A stretch of 64,000 nt of DNA from an uncultured Thiomicrorhabdus sp. (GCA_965603495.1 CBFDDF010000008.1:33887-97886), one strand, 5' to 3'; positions 1 to 10,233 are shown, counted from the stretch's first letter. The notes: a model not told the origin generated them from the letters alone. A program made the numbers and translations.

Positions 1-416
1 GCGCTTTCTTGTTCAGCAAGAGAGTTTTCAATGGTCGCCAAACCTAAGACAAATTGATTCTGGATAGAAGTCGAAATATCAGGTGCCGCTTGCAAGTTAT
101 CTATATCAAATACATGAACATCGGAAACTGCGTCAACGACTAAACCGACAATTCGCTCTCCTTGACTCGTCAATACATGAACGACAATGACAACAGTGGT
201 GCCGTCATAACTGGCCTTTAATTTAAACTTTTCACGCAAATCAATAATGGGTACCACGGTGCCACGTAAATCAACCACGCCTTTTACATAGCTAGGCACA
301 TTAGGCAAAGGGCTTGGATCCTTCCAACCCCTAATTTCTTGTACACGAAGAATTTCAACCGCATACTCTTCACTACCGATAATAAAGGTCAAAAATTCTT
401 TATTTGATTCTGCCAC
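1..416 (-). CDS. cheW: Chemotaxis coupling protein CheW (3' end runs off the window)
   Basis: Manual translation from GTG at 416: MAESNKEFLTFIIGSEEYAVEILRVQEIRGW...PNVPSYVKGVVDLRGTVVPIIDLR...IVGLVVDAVSDV. GGAG RBS upstream. Not in the ORF track. Confidence 0.93.
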   Translation of the reverse strand, partial: MAESNKEFLTFIIGSEEYAVEILRVQEIRGWKDPSPLPNVPSYVKGVVDLRGTVVPIIDLREKFKLKASYDGTTVVIVVHVLTSQGERIVGLVVDAVSDVHVFDIDNLQAAPDISTSIQNQFVLGLATIENSLAEQES

Positions 417-643
417 GTTCTGTCTCCGCTAAACGATAATCGGTTTCACTTAATAAAGCATTTCTGCTCATTAAACTCACCTTTGAACAATGAGTGTTTC
501 CATACTACTATACTTAGCATAGAATTCAACTGGTTTTAGTGTTGTTTGTTAATGTATGAACGCAAGAAATAAGCCAAGATGTTTTGTGATTTTAAGGTCC
601 TACTGTATCATCTGCAAACAGTTTAAGAATGAAGGAAAATGCA

Positions 644-1729
644 ATGAATTCAAGCGACACTTTAGACCCACAATGGCTAGCCCTTTTAGCATCACAAAAT
701 GCTCAATTTGATGAATCAGGCAAAATAGTCACATTCGGACAAGCCGAATTGGAACGTTTTTTAATCAAAAATGGCCCTGTGTTAACGAGTCTAACCCACC
801 AAGCATTGCTTAAAGTAACAGGGAGCGAAGCAGAGACTTTTTTGCAAGGCCAGTTAAGCAATGACCTTAAAGAAGTCACGGACACCCATGCTCAACTTTC
901 TGCCTATTGTGATCCACAAGGCCAAGTTCTTGCATTGTTCTTAATCTTTAAATACCAAGGTGACTTCTATTTAAATTTTGATGGTTCTTTAAAAGAATCT
1001 ATTCTCAAACGTTTACGCATGTTTGTGATGCGTGCTGACGTTCAATTCACCGATGTTTCTGACAGCCTCATCCAGATTGGTTTTGCCGGTGAGTTTGGTG
1101 ATTTGGATATTCAACGTCGTTTAAACACCAAGGTAAAAGACGTTTATGAAACTGGTTATATCGATATTGATGGTATGCGGGATGTCTGCGTCGTTAAAGT
1201 ACCCGGCCCTTACCATCGCTATGCACTATTTGGTCCAGCTGATCAAATGACCGAAACGTGGAAAAGCCTGCGTAGCAATGCCGATTTAACCAACTCTTAT
1301 GATTGGAATCTGCTCAATATTGCCGCCGGAGTCCCCGAGGTTAATTCAGAGACAACCGCAAGTTTTATCGCGCAATTTTTAAACCTAGATAAGCTGGATG
1401 CAATTAACTTCAAAAAAGGCTGTTTTCCTGGGCAAGAAATTATTGCGCGCATGCATTATCGCGGTAAAGTCACCAAACGTATGTTCCGTATTCGCTTTGA
1501 AGAGACGCTTGAATTAAAGGCTGGTGAAGCACTGGTTCTAAAAGACTCAAACAATAAGAGTCACAAGCTGACTGTTATCAGTACGAATCCGGATATTTAT
1601 AATGGTAGCCTTTGTTTAGCCGTGGGAACTTTAAAGTCTTTGGAAGCGGTTGAAGGCGATTTGGTGACCGAATCAGGCTCTCCAGCCATTCTTGAGCCAC
1701 TGCCTTATTCGGTTACAGACGACGAATAA
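644..1729 (+). CDS. ygfZ: Folate-binding Fe-S cluster repair / tRNA-modification protein YgfZ (GcvT family)
   Basis: KGCFPGQEIIAR matches the YgfZ KGC[YF]xGQE motif; N-terminal FLQGQLSNDL. The ORF track starts at 629; ATG 644 follows AAGGA. Confidence 0.88.
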   Translation: MNSSDTLDPQWLALLASQNAQFDESGKIVTFGQAELERFLIKNGPVLTSLTHQALLKVTGSEAETFLQGQLSNDLKEVTDTHAQLSAYCDPQGQVLALFLIFKYQGDFYLNFDGSLKESILKRLRMFVMRADVQFTDVSDSLIQIGFAGEFGDLDIQRRLNTKVKDVYETGYIDIDGMRDVCVVKVPGPYHRYALFGPADQMTETWKSLRSNADLTNSYDWNLLNIAAGVPEVNSETTASFIAQFLNLDKLDAINFKKGCFPGQEIIARMHYRGKVTKRMFRIRFEETLELKAGEALVLKDSNNKSHKLTVISTNPDIYNGSLCLAVGTLKSLEAVEGDLVTESGSPAILEPLPYSVTDDE

Positions 1730-1752
1730 AGCAGGAAATAAAGCATAAAAGC

Positions 1753-1802
1753 AAAAAGCCCGTTAAAGTGGCCAGGCCTGGTCACTTTAACGGGCTTTTT
1801 TT
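1753..1802. terminator. Bidirectional intrinsic terminator between convergent ygfZ and lysS, with CCAGGCCTGG at the apex
   Basis: AAAAAGCCCGTTAAAGTG (1753-1770) pairs with CACTTTAACGGGCTTTTT (1783-1800); A/T tracts on both sides. Confidence 0.9.
1771..1782. repeat. ACCAGGCCTGGT family copy (GCCAGGCCTGGT, 1 mismatch)
   Basis: Read directly from the sequence, inside the terminator hairpin. Confidence 0.9.
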
Positions 1803-1882
1803 ATGCACGAGATATGCACTCGACTTAGCAAAATCTTCCAGCCCTATTTCAGGCTAGAAAATTCATCACCAAATGTTAGCTT

Positions 1883-3394
1883 TTACTGCTTACGCATATG
1901 CGGAAACAACAAGACATCACGAATTGAAGCCGAATCAGTGAATAACATCACCAAACGGTCAATCCCGATACCTTCACCTGCTGTCGGTGGCATAGCGTGC
2001 TCCAAAGCGGTAATGTAGTCTTCATCATAATGCATCGCTTCATCATCACCGGCATCTTTTGCCTCGACTTGAGACTTAAAGCGCTCTGCTTGGTCTTCTG
2101 GGTCATTTAACTCGTTGAAACCGTTCGCCAACTCACGACCACCGATAAACAACTCAAAACGATCAGTAATAAATGGGTCCTGGTCATTACGACGTGCCAG
2201 TGGAGAAACTTCTGCTGGATACTCAGTAATGAACGTTGGATCCATTAGCTTTTCTTCAACCGTCTCTTCAAAGATCTCAGTGATAATTTTACCTAAACCA
2301 TAGCCTTCTTTAACATGAATCTTCAAGCTATTGGCCAAAGCAGTTGCTGACTCAATCGTCTCTAACTGAGAAAGCTGAATGCCTTCGTTGTACTGCACAA
2401 TCGAATCTTTCATGCTTAAACGTGCAAACGGCTTACCAAAATCAAACTCCAGTCCTTGATAAGGCACTTTAGTCGAACCAACCGCCAACTCCGCCAACTC
2501 TTTCAGTAGCTCTTCCGTGTAATCCATCAACTGATGGTAATCAGTGTAAGCAGCATAGAACTCAACCATGGTGAATTCTGGATTATGACGCGTCGAAAGC
2601 CCTTCGTTTCGGAAACTACGGTTAATCTCGAAAACACGTTCAAAACCACCAACCACTAAACGCTTAAGGTAAAGCTCAGGTGCAATACGTAGATAAAGCG
2701 GCATATCCAACGCATTGTGATGCGTGTTAAAAGGCTTAGCAGTTGCGCCCCCTGGAATGACATGCATCATTGGGGTTTCAACTTCCATGAAATCATGACG
2801 AATCAAGAAGTTACGTACATGTTGTACAATTTTAGAACGCAACATGAACGTTTCACGTGTTTCTTCGTTAACGATTAAATCGACATAACGCTGACGGTAA
2901 CGGACTTCTTGATCTTGCAGACCGTGGAATTTATCCGGTAATGGACGAATCGACTTAGTGATTAGCTCAATATGCTCAACGTGAATTGAAAGCTCGCCGG
3001 TATTGGTTTTAAAAACAAATCCTTCAGCCCCAACGATATCGCCTAAATCCCATTTTTTAAACTGAGTGTTATAGAAATCGGTTGGTAACTCATCACGCGT
3101 AACATAGATCTGAATACGTCCGGTAGGATCTTGCAAAGTTGCAAAACTTGCCTTCCCCATAATACGACGTAACATCATACGTCCTGCCACCTTAACACGC
3201 ACTGGCTCGCCGGCTTCTAACTCTTCTTTGCTCTTAGCATCATAAAGAAGATGTAACTCTGCAGCATTATCCTCACGGCGAAACGTATTTGGGTATGAAT
3301 GCCCGCCTTCTCTTAATGCATGAAGTTTTGCGCGGCGTTCTGCAATGATTTTATTCTCATCAACTTCAGGCACTGTATTTTGTGTTTCGGACAT
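1883..3394 (-). CDS. lysS: Lysine--tRNA ligase (class II)
   Basis: OB-fold [16 protein letters not shown]; motif 2 [11 protein letters not shown]; [13 protein letters not shown]; motif 3 [11 protein letters not shown]. Confidence 0.98.
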   Translation of the reverse strand: MSETQNTVPEVDENKIIAERRAKLHALREGGHSYPNTFRREDNAAELHLLYDAKSKEELEAGEPVRVKVAGRMMLRRIMGKASFATLQDPTGRIQIYVTRDELPTDFYNTQFKKWDLGDIVGAEGFVFKTNTGELSIHVEHIELITKSIRPLPDKFHGLQDQEVRYRQRYVDLIVNEETRETFMLRSKIVQHVRNFLIRHDFMEVETPMMHVIPGGATAKPFNTHHNALDMPLYLRIAPELYLKRLVVGGFERVFEINRSFRNEGLSTRHNPEFTMVEFYAAYTDYHQLMDYTEELLKELAELAVGSTKVPYQGLEFDFGKPFARLSMKDSIVQYNEGIQLSQLETIESATALANSLKIHVKEGYGLGKIITEIFEETVEEKLMDPTFITEYPAEVSPLARRNDQDPFITDRFELFIGGRELANGFNELNDPEDQAERFKSQVEAKDAGDDEAMHYDEDYITALEHAMPPTAGEGIGIDRLVMLFTDSASIRDVLLFPHMRKQ

Positions 3395-3420
3395 GGGATA
3401 ACTCTCTTAACTTTAATTGG

Positions 3421-3463
3421 TAAAACGACCAGGCCTGGTGGTTTTAAAACGACCAGGCCTGGT
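3421..3463. repeat. Tandem direct repeat TAAAACGACCAGGCCTGGT x2 (24-nt period) carrying two ACCAGGCCTGGT copies (3428-3439, 3452-3463)
   Basis: Read directly in the prfB-lysS spacer. Confidence 0.95.
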
Positions 3464-3564
3464 AACTTAATAGATTGGAATATGAACGGTATTTTAAGGC
3501 TTTAAGTCGTTAAAAACTAGTTAAACAACACTTAACTTGGTTAAAGACGCTTTTTAAAATAGTC

Positions 3565-4660
3565 TTAAACACCTGCTTTTAAACTGGCGACAATAAACTG
3601 ATCTAAATCACCATCCAAGACAGCGCCAGTATTACCGGTTTCAACATTGGTTCTTAAATCTTTGATGCGCCCTGAATCCAATACATACGAACGAATTTGA
3701 CTGCCCCAACCGATATCCGATTTAGAGTCTTCTAACTCTTGCTTATCCGCATTACGACTTAACATCTCTAGCTCATATAACTTAGCGCGCAACTGTTTCA
3801 TCGCTTCGGCTTTGTTTTGATGCTGTGAACGACCATTCTGACACTGAGTCACCGTATTGGTCGGTAAGTGTGTAATACGCACCGCTGATTCGGTTTTGTT
3901 AACGTGCTGCCCACCCGCGCCACTGGCACGATAAACATCAATTCGTAAATCCGCCGGGTTAATATCCACCTCAAAACTGTCATCAATTTCTGGAGAGATA
4001 AATACCGATGCAAACGAAGTATGGCGACGATTACTCGAGTCGAATGGCGACTTACGGACTAAACGATGCACGCCAGTTTCAGTGCGTAACCAACCAAACG
4101 CATAATCGCCCTGCACATGGATGGTGGCGCCTTTAATGCCCGCCACATCGCCCGCTGTGATTTCAATAATCTCTGCTTTAAAACCGTGGCTGTCCGCCCA
4201 ACGCAGATACATCCTTAAAATCATATTGGCCCAGTCTTGAGCTTCTGTACCACCCGAACCTGACTGAATTTCTAAATAGGCATTATTGGGATCCATCTCA
4301 CCCGAGAACATACGTTGGAACTCAAGCTTTTCAAGTTTTTCGCCCAAAGCATCCAAATCGGCAACGACTTCATCGACCATTTCCTGGTCATTTTCCATCT
4401 CTGCCATTTCGAGCAGTTCTTTGACCGATTCGGTGCCTGATTCCATCTGATCAATGGTGGAAACAATCATCTCTAACTGAGATTTCTCCTTGCCTAAGGC
4501 TTGCGCCTTTTCAGGATCATTCCAAACATTGGAATCCTCCAGTTCTCGTAAAACTTCATCTAAACGCTCTGAACGGGCTTCATAGTCAAAGATACCCCCT
4601 AAGCACTTGTGTACGCGCCTGGTAATCATCAATACGAGTATAAATAGGATTAAGTTCCAT
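3565..4660 (-). CDS. prfB: Peptide chain release factor 2, translated by programmed +1 frameshift: join(4660..4589, 4587..3565)
   Basis: ATG 4660 gives [24 protein letters not shown] then TGA; the +1 frame continues [12 protein letters not shown] motif (GAGGQHVN) and SPF anticodon mimic (KSPFDS) present. Confidence 0.97.
4585..4600 (-). promoter_or_regulatory. prfB autoregulatory frameshift signal
   Basis: Minus strand AGG GGG TAT CTT TGA C: internal SD, slippery CTT-T and UGA stop, the canonical RF2 site. Confidence 0.96.
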
Positions 4661-4822
4661 TTCCTTCCACTTCCAAATCACAGTAAAAATATCAACGAAT
4701 GATACCAGTATTCGCCCTATCCTGCTGAAATTATGAGCGAATCTGTTGTGTTATAGCGGATTCTTTGACACTTACATTCTAAGCGAATGCCATTCTATTT
4801 TGCCTAAAAACTTATCATTCAC

Positions 4823-4849
4823 TTAAGCTTTAATTTTATCGGCCGATAA
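4823..4849 (+). promoter_or_regulatory. Candidate sigma-28 (FliA) promoter for the 4977 gene
   Basis: TTAAGCTT-N11-GCCGATAA against consensus TAAAGTTT-N11-GCCGATAA: perfect -10, 6/8 at -35. Confidence 0.7.
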
Positions 4850-4976
4850 TAACTGTATAAGAATTTGTCTATAAGTTGTTTGAAGACTTATTAGAGACAT
4901 TTCCCAACATTACAAATAAGCGTTAAGATAAACGTACTCGATAATAAAAATACTCGACTAGAAAAGAGGTTCTATC

Positions 4977-5708
4977 ATGGCTGTTGAAATGAATAATTTA
5001 AGTTCCATCCAAGCCTATCAAAAATCTGCGGGGCTCGAGAATGCCAACCCAGATAATCATGGCCGACGTGCCTTAGGTCAACCGAGCCAAGCTAATCAAG
5101 CACGTGAAACCCATCAAACAAACCAACCTGATTTGCCAGAAAAAGCATCTATGCAAGCAACCCAAATGACGATCCGTACCGAACGTCAAGCCAGCTTGGT
5201 AGCACATCTATTTGGTGATGGCACATCCGCTTCTGCGGATTCATTAAAATTGACCTTTCAGGCCGCTATGGAAAAACTCAATGAAGTACTGAGTGCTGAA
5301 TTTGGAGTTGCCGAAGGTGGCGCAGCACCAATTAGTGAAGAAGCCTTAAAGGCACAGGGAGGCATGGAGTATTGGACACCTGAAAATACCGCGAAGCGTA
5401 TTGTCGATGGTAGCACGGCTTTCTTGGCTGGTTTTCAAGCAGCCAATCCCGAGCTTGAAGGAGAAGCTTTAATGGATCGCTTTATTGAAGTGGTCGGTGG
5501 CGGAATCACTCAAGGCTTCGATGAGGCTAAAGGGCTATTAGGGGATTTGGATGTACTTAAAGGCGATATTGCAGACAATATCGAATCAACCTTTAAATTG
5601 GTGCAGGATGGATTACAAAACTTTCGTAATCAATATTTAGGCATTACTGAAACTGCCACACTTAATAACGATGTAACCCCGGCGACTTCACAAGAACAAG
5701 AGTCTTAA
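4977..5708 (+). CDS. Uncharacterised protein, DUF5610-like
   Basis: WTPENTAKRIVDGSTAF and GGGITQGFDEAKGLL resemble DUF5610 as I recall it; Q/N-rich N-terminus; RBS AGAGG. Confidence 0.6.
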   Translation: MAVEMNNLSSIQAYQKSAGLENANPDNHGRRALGQPSQANQARETHQTNQPDLPEKASMQATQMTIRTERQASLVAHLFGDGTSASADSLKLTFQAAMEKLNEVLSAEFGVAEGGAAPISEEALKAQGGMEYWTPENTAKRIVDGSTAFLAGFQAANPELEGEALMDRFIEVVGGGITQGFDEAKGLLGDLDVLKGDIADNIESTFKLVQDGLQNFRNQYLGITETATLNNDVTPATSQEQES

Positions 5709-5780
5709 TCAGCTAGTTAAGTCATTTATACCAACCATTGCCTTTCGCTAATCTTTCTGCAAGCATTCCTATCAGGCAAC

Positions 5781-5808
5781 AAAAAAGGGCGTTAAACGCC
5801 CTTTTTTT
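5781..5808. terminator. Bidirectional intrinsic terminator
   Basis: AAAAAAGGGCGT-TAA-ACGCCCTTTTTTT between convergent genes. Confidence 0.9.
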
Positions 5809-5838
5809 AAACATGAAACCAGAAGAATAAATTAAAAC

Positions 5839-6486
5839 TTATTCAATCTCTTCTAGTCTAACTTTAGTTAAACCTGTTTCATTTGCATAGTTCGTTAACT
5901 CTGCTGTTGAAGTCGCGCCCATTTTAGTCATCAGGTTCTCGCGGTGCTTAGAAACCGTACGATCACTAATTTCTAGCATATCGGCAATCTCTTTAGTTTT
6001 GTAGCCTTCAGCAACCAATTTAACAACTTGTTTCTCACGAACAGATAAACGTTTATTCGTTAAGCCTGCTGCTTCTTCCAGAATTGGTTGAATCTCAGAA
6101 TGAATAAATAACTCACCCTGCATGACTTTACGAACGCCTTGAATCAACTCTTTTGGTGAGATTGATTTCATAGCAATTCCACTCACACCCAACTCAAGCA
6201 CTTCATTCCAAACATTCGTTGTTTCCGCAGCCGTCAAAACAATAACCTTGGTGTCAGCATAACGCTTCTTGATATGAGTGATCGCGTTTAAACCGCTTAG
6301 TTTTGGCATAGATAAATCCAAAAGAACCACTTGTGGTGACTTGGTTCTAACCAACTCTAAACACTCTAAACCATCTTCAGCTTCACCAACGACTTCAAAA
6401 CCCGCTTCGGCTTGCAGGATTGATTTGAATCCCGCTCTCACTAAAGCATGATCTTCAGCTAATAAAATACTAATTTTTTCAGACAT
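5839..6486 (-). CDS. NarL/LuxR-family response regulator (REC + LuxR HTH)
   Basis: ILLAEDHALVRAG, VVLLDLSMP, LSVREKQVVKLVAEG...TVSKHRENLMTKM. The ORF track starts at 6495; ATG at 6486 is more likely. Confidence 0.92.
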   Translation of the reverse strand: MSEKISILLAEDHALVRAGFKSILQAEAGFEVVGEAEDGLECLELVRTKSPQVVLLDLSMPKLSGLNAITHIKKRYADTKVIVLTAAETTNVWNEVLELGVSGIAMKSISPKELIQGVRKVMQGELFIHSEIQPILEEAAGLTNKRLSVREKQVVKLVAEGYKTKEIADMLEISDRTVSKHRENLMTKMGATSTAELTNYANETGLTKVRLEEIE

Positions 6487-6545
6487 ATAAATCACCCAAC
6501 TTGAAACGTTTTAAGTAATAACACCTAATGAAAGCATGCACTTAT

Positions 6546-8633
6546 TTATTGATTCCCATTATGACCAATCGTCATGGACTTCTCAAGGTATTTCAATCCA
6601 AACTCTAGCTTTTCTAACAGGAGATCTATTTTTTGTTGTTTAATCGGTGCATTTTTTTCATTTTTCTCAATATTTTCAATTTCTCGCAGCAAGCTGACAG
6701 TATTATCTAATTGAAACAGCATGCAGTTGCCTTTTAGATAATGTGCTTTAGCCGCTAAAGCAAACCAATTTTTGGATTGATTGTAAGATTGTAGATCCGC
6801 CAGACCAGATTCAATTTCAATCATAAAAGCATCCATTAAAGCACTAAACTGAGCAGGCACTTTTTCAACAGTATCCCAGCCATTCGCTGCGACATCGTTC
6901 TTTACCGAATTTGCAACACTCTTCTCAAGCTGCAATGGCTTCTGAGACTTTTCAGCGGAGTCTTTATGACCAATCTGTCGAATAGAATCAATCGGCTCTT
7001 TATGCTCCTGCAACAACCCAATGATTTGTGATTGTGTCACCGGCTTGACAAACCAGCCATCAAATCCAATTGAGGCAAGGGATTCACCTTCTGGAATAAA
7101 ATTAGACTCTTCACCGCCAGCAGTAATTGCATACACCCCTTTTAACTGCTTAGCCAGCTGAGGGTTTTGTGCAATACTCTGCTGAATTTTCTGGCTGACT
7201 TCAATCCCATCAAAAAAAGGCATTTGAATATCCAAAAAGACATAATCAAAAGGTTCTTCCTGGAAAATTTCCCAAGCCTCTCTGCCATCCTTTGCCTCAA
7301 ATACCGTGCATGCTTGCTCTTGTAAATAGCCTGCTAAAACCATGCGGTTAATTTTAGAGTCGTCAGCCACCAATATTTTGTAATGTGCACGGGATTCACT
7401 CAGTACATCCTTTTCTGTAGAAGTAGACGTGATATGATCTAAGTCCATTGCACCTGCAAAGCCCGCTTCCATTTCATCGGCCTCACCGAGCTCTAAATCC
7501 ACATAAAATGAAGTCCCGACACCTAGGTTTGATGTTACTGAAATCTCTCCCCCCATCAGTTCCACAAGTTGCTTAACCACAAACAAACCTAAACCAGAAC
7601 CTATATTGAAAGAACTGCCGCGACTCTCTAGCTGTGCAAAAGGCTCAAAAATACGGTCTTGCTTGTCCTTAGAAATACCTTCTCCAGAATCTGTCACCTT
7701 AAACATAAAATGATTATTTGCTTTTTCACTGACTTCAATGGAAACGCCACCGAACTGAGTGAACTTAAGACTATTTACAATCAAGTTAATTAAAATCTGT
7801 GAAATCCGTACACTATCGCCGATGACTCGGTCACGCTTGCCCAAATAAACCATCGAAATAATCAAGCCTTTATCAGTGGCAATTGATTTAGTTAATTGCT
7901 TCACATTCTCCAACACTTCTTTTAGAGAAAATGGCATCGGGTGTAGCGTGATTTCATCATATTCAGTCTGCGAATAGGTCAGAATATCATTGACTAAAAA
8001 GATGGATTGCTCAGCCGTCATATGAATGGTTCTCAATGCAGTCAGCGTCTCGGGATTGGTGATGGCACCTAGAGCTTTGTCTTGAGACTTCTCTTGCAAG
8101 CGCTCAACCAAACTACTAATACCTAATAAAGGAGAACGTAGTTCATGGCTTAACATCGCCAAGAAACGGGACTGTTTTTGATAAGATTCATTAATAAAGC
8201 GATTCTGCTGCTCTAACAGTGCTTGTCGTTCATAAAGTTGATTAACCGATAAACGCCCCTGTGAATCGACCATTTCTCGCTCAAGCTCGACCATCTCTGA
8301 GACATCAATACAGATTGCCCAAACATAACGAACGCCATCGCTTTCAAAGACTCTTAATCTATGCTGAAAGGATTGTTTGCCCTCGAGGGTATTATACGAT
8401 GCCACAAAGCGGGTATTTTTATCAGGTGTCGTAAGTACTTCTTGAATTTTGAGTGGCAGCAATGGCGTCGTATACTGGCCCGTTAAATCCTGAATATGCA
8501 CGACCGGCTTTTCAAACAAGGCTTGCAAGGCGTCAGACAACTCAAAACATTCTTTGCCATCTTCGACAGAATAGCGCCACCATAAAGCCCTATCCAACAT
8601 TTCACTGGCAAAAGCACTCTTATCAAAACTCAT
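6546..8633 (-). CDS. Cytoplasmic unorthodox hybrid histidine kinase (PAS-like N-term, HisKA, HATPase, REC, HPt)
   Basis: H-box MLSHELRSPL; QILINLIVNSLKFT; DSGEGI; GSGLGL; REC FLDIQMP; HPt AHYLKGNC. No hydrophobic TM stretch seen. Confidence 0.9.
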   Translation of the reverse strand: MSFDKSAFASEMLDRALWWRYSVEDGKECFELSDALQALFEKPVVHIQDLTGQYTTPLLPLKIQEVLTTPDKNTRFVASYNTLEGKQSFQHRLRVFESDGVRYVWAICIDVSEMVELEREMVDSQGRLSVNQLYERQALLEQQNRFINESYQKQSRFLAMLSHELRSPLLGISSLVERLQEKSQDKALGAITNPETLTALRTIHMTAEQSIFLVNDILTYSQTEYDEITLHPMPFSLKEVLENVKQLTKSIATDKGLIISMVYLGKRDRVIGDSVRISQILINLIVNSLKFTQFGGVSIEVSEKANNHFMFKVTDSGEGISKDKQDRIFEPFAQLESRGSSFNIGSGLGLFVVKQLVELMGGEISVTSNLGVGTSFYVDLELGEADEMEAGFAGAMDLDHITSTSTEKDVLSESRAHYKILVADDSKINRMVLAGYLQEQACTVFEAKDGREAWEIFQEEPFDYVFLDIQMPFFDGIEVSQKIQQSIAQNPQLAKQLKGVYAITAGGEESNFIPEGESLASIGFDGWFVKPVTQSQIIGLLQEHKEPIDSIRQIGHKDSAEKSQKPLQLEKSVANSVKNDVAANGWDTVEKVPAQFSALMDAFMIEIESGLADLQSYNQSKNWFALAAKAHYLKGNCMLFQLDNTVSLLREIENIEKNEKNAPIKQQKIDLLLEKLEFGLKYLEKSMTIGHNGNQ

Positions 8634-8769
8634 TCAAAAACCTTACTCATGTGGTTACTGTATTTTTGAATTAAACAGGCGTAAAATGATGCCCATTCAA
8701 TATTACTTATTGGTTATTAAACCACGAATAACCTCAAACCACTTATATTAAAAGACTCTTCAAAATACT

Positions 8770-10173
8770 ATGCCAACAATTAACAAACAACCGCAAACTC
8801 GAATTGAAAAAGACAGCATGGGAAGCCTAGAGGTTCCAATCGATGCGCTTTATGGCGCACAAACCCAACGTGCCATCAATAACTTCCCCATCAGTGGCAT
8901 TCCAATGCCAAAAGCCTTCATCCACGCACTTTGTTACGTTAAATTTGCCTGTGCCAGTAGCAACCAGGAATTAGGCTTTTTAAGTAACGAAAAAGCCGAA
9001 GCGATTCAAACAGCTGCTAAAGAAGTTATTCAAGGCGACTTTGCGGCTCAGTTCCCTATCGATGTGTTTCAAACAGGCTCTGGTACCAGTACCAATATGA
9101 ATGCCAATGAAGTTTTGGCCTCGCTTGCGAAACAACTGACTGGTCAAGAAGTGCATCCAAACGATGACATCAATATGAGTCAGAGTTCAAATGATGTCAT
9201 TCCCACGGCAATTCACGTTGCGGCTGCGATTGCGTTAGAAGAAGCATTATTACCAGCACTCCATCACTTGGCTGAAACCATTGAAAATCGCGAAAAAGAA
9301 CTCGTACATGTTATTAAAACGGGTCGCACCCATCTTATGGATGCCATGCCAGTCAAAATGAGCCAAGAACTTTCTAGCTGGCGAGTACAGATCACCGACA
9401 ATATAACTCGTTTAAAAGAAACGCAAAAACGCATACAAAAATTACCGCAAGGCGGAACAGCTGTCGGTACAGGCATTAACGCAGACCCTGAGTTTGGACG
9501 TTTAGTGGCCGCTAACCTGACGACCATAACCTCCGTTGAATTTGAACCAATGGAGAACCTTTTTGTCGGTTTAAGCTCCCAAGATACTTCCCTAGAGCTC
9601 AGCGGGCAATTGAATGTGTTAGCTGCCAGTTTAATGAAAATCGCCAATGATTTACGTTGGATGAACTCTGGCCCTCTAGCCGGCCTGGGTGAAATTCAAC
9701 TGCCAGCGTTACAACCTGGTAGTTCGATTATGCCCGGCAAGGTAAACCCTGTGATTCCAGAGGCTGTCGCCATGGTTGCCGCGCAAATTATGGGCAACCA
9801 TACCGCCATTACGATTGGCGCTCAATCGGGAACTTTTCAATTAAATGTAATGTTACCGATGATTGCCCTCAACCTGCTACAAAGTATCGAGATTGCCGCC
9901 AACGCTTCCGTTCAGCTAGCCGACTTAGCGATTAAAGGCTTTACGGTCAATGAAGCAAACCTACAGAAAGCACTTGATGTAAACCCTATTCTAGTGACCG
10001 CCTTAAATACAGTGGTGGGCTATGAGAAAGGCGCGGCGATCGCTAAAGAGGCCTATCGCTCCGGCAAGCCTGTATTAGAAGTTGCTTTGGAAATGACCGA
10101 TTTGGATGAAGCCACTTTAAAGCAGTACTTAAATCCCGCCTTGCTGACCGAAGGTGGCAACCCTAAAATTTAA
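8770..10173 (+). CDS. fumC: Fumarate hydratase class II
   Basis: RIEKDSMG, FQTGSGTSTNMNANEV, KTGRTHLMDA, signature GSSIMPGKVNP. Confidence 0.95.
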   Translation: MPTINKQPQTRIEKDSMGSLEVPIDALYGAQTQRAINNFPISGIPMPKAFIHALCYVKFACASSNQELGFLSNEKAEAIQTAAKEVIQGDFAAQFPIDVFQTGSGTSTNMNANEVLASLAKQLTGQEVHPNDDINMSQSSNDVIPTAIHVAAAIALEEALLPALHHLAETIENREKELVHVIKTGRTHLMDAMPVKMSQELSSWRVQITDNITRLKETQKRIQKLPQGGTAVGTGINADPEFGRLVAANLTTITSVEFEPMENLFVGLSSQDTSLELSGQLNVLAASLMKIANDLRWMNSGPLAGLGEIQLPALQPGSSIMPGKVNPVIPEAVAMVAAQIMGNHTAITIGAQSGTFQLNVMLPMIALNLLQSIEIAANASVQLADLAIKGFTVNEANLQKALDVNPILVTALNTVVGYEKGAAIAKEAYRSGKPVLEVALEMTDLDEATLKQYLNPALLTEGGNPKI

Positions 10174-10233
10174 ATGCCCACTTATTTTTTATTTTAAACA
10201 TTTAAACTTACTAAAAAGACTAAAGGAATTAAT

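Noticed and set aside
430-470. Sigma-28 promoter for cheW (ACCGATTA on the minus strand)
   Set aside because: Two mismatches in the -10 and no TAAA at the right spacing.
3421-3463. Tandem repeats here and at 36871-36921 as CRISPR arrays
   Set aside because: Only two units each, 5-nt spacers, and no cas genes in the window.
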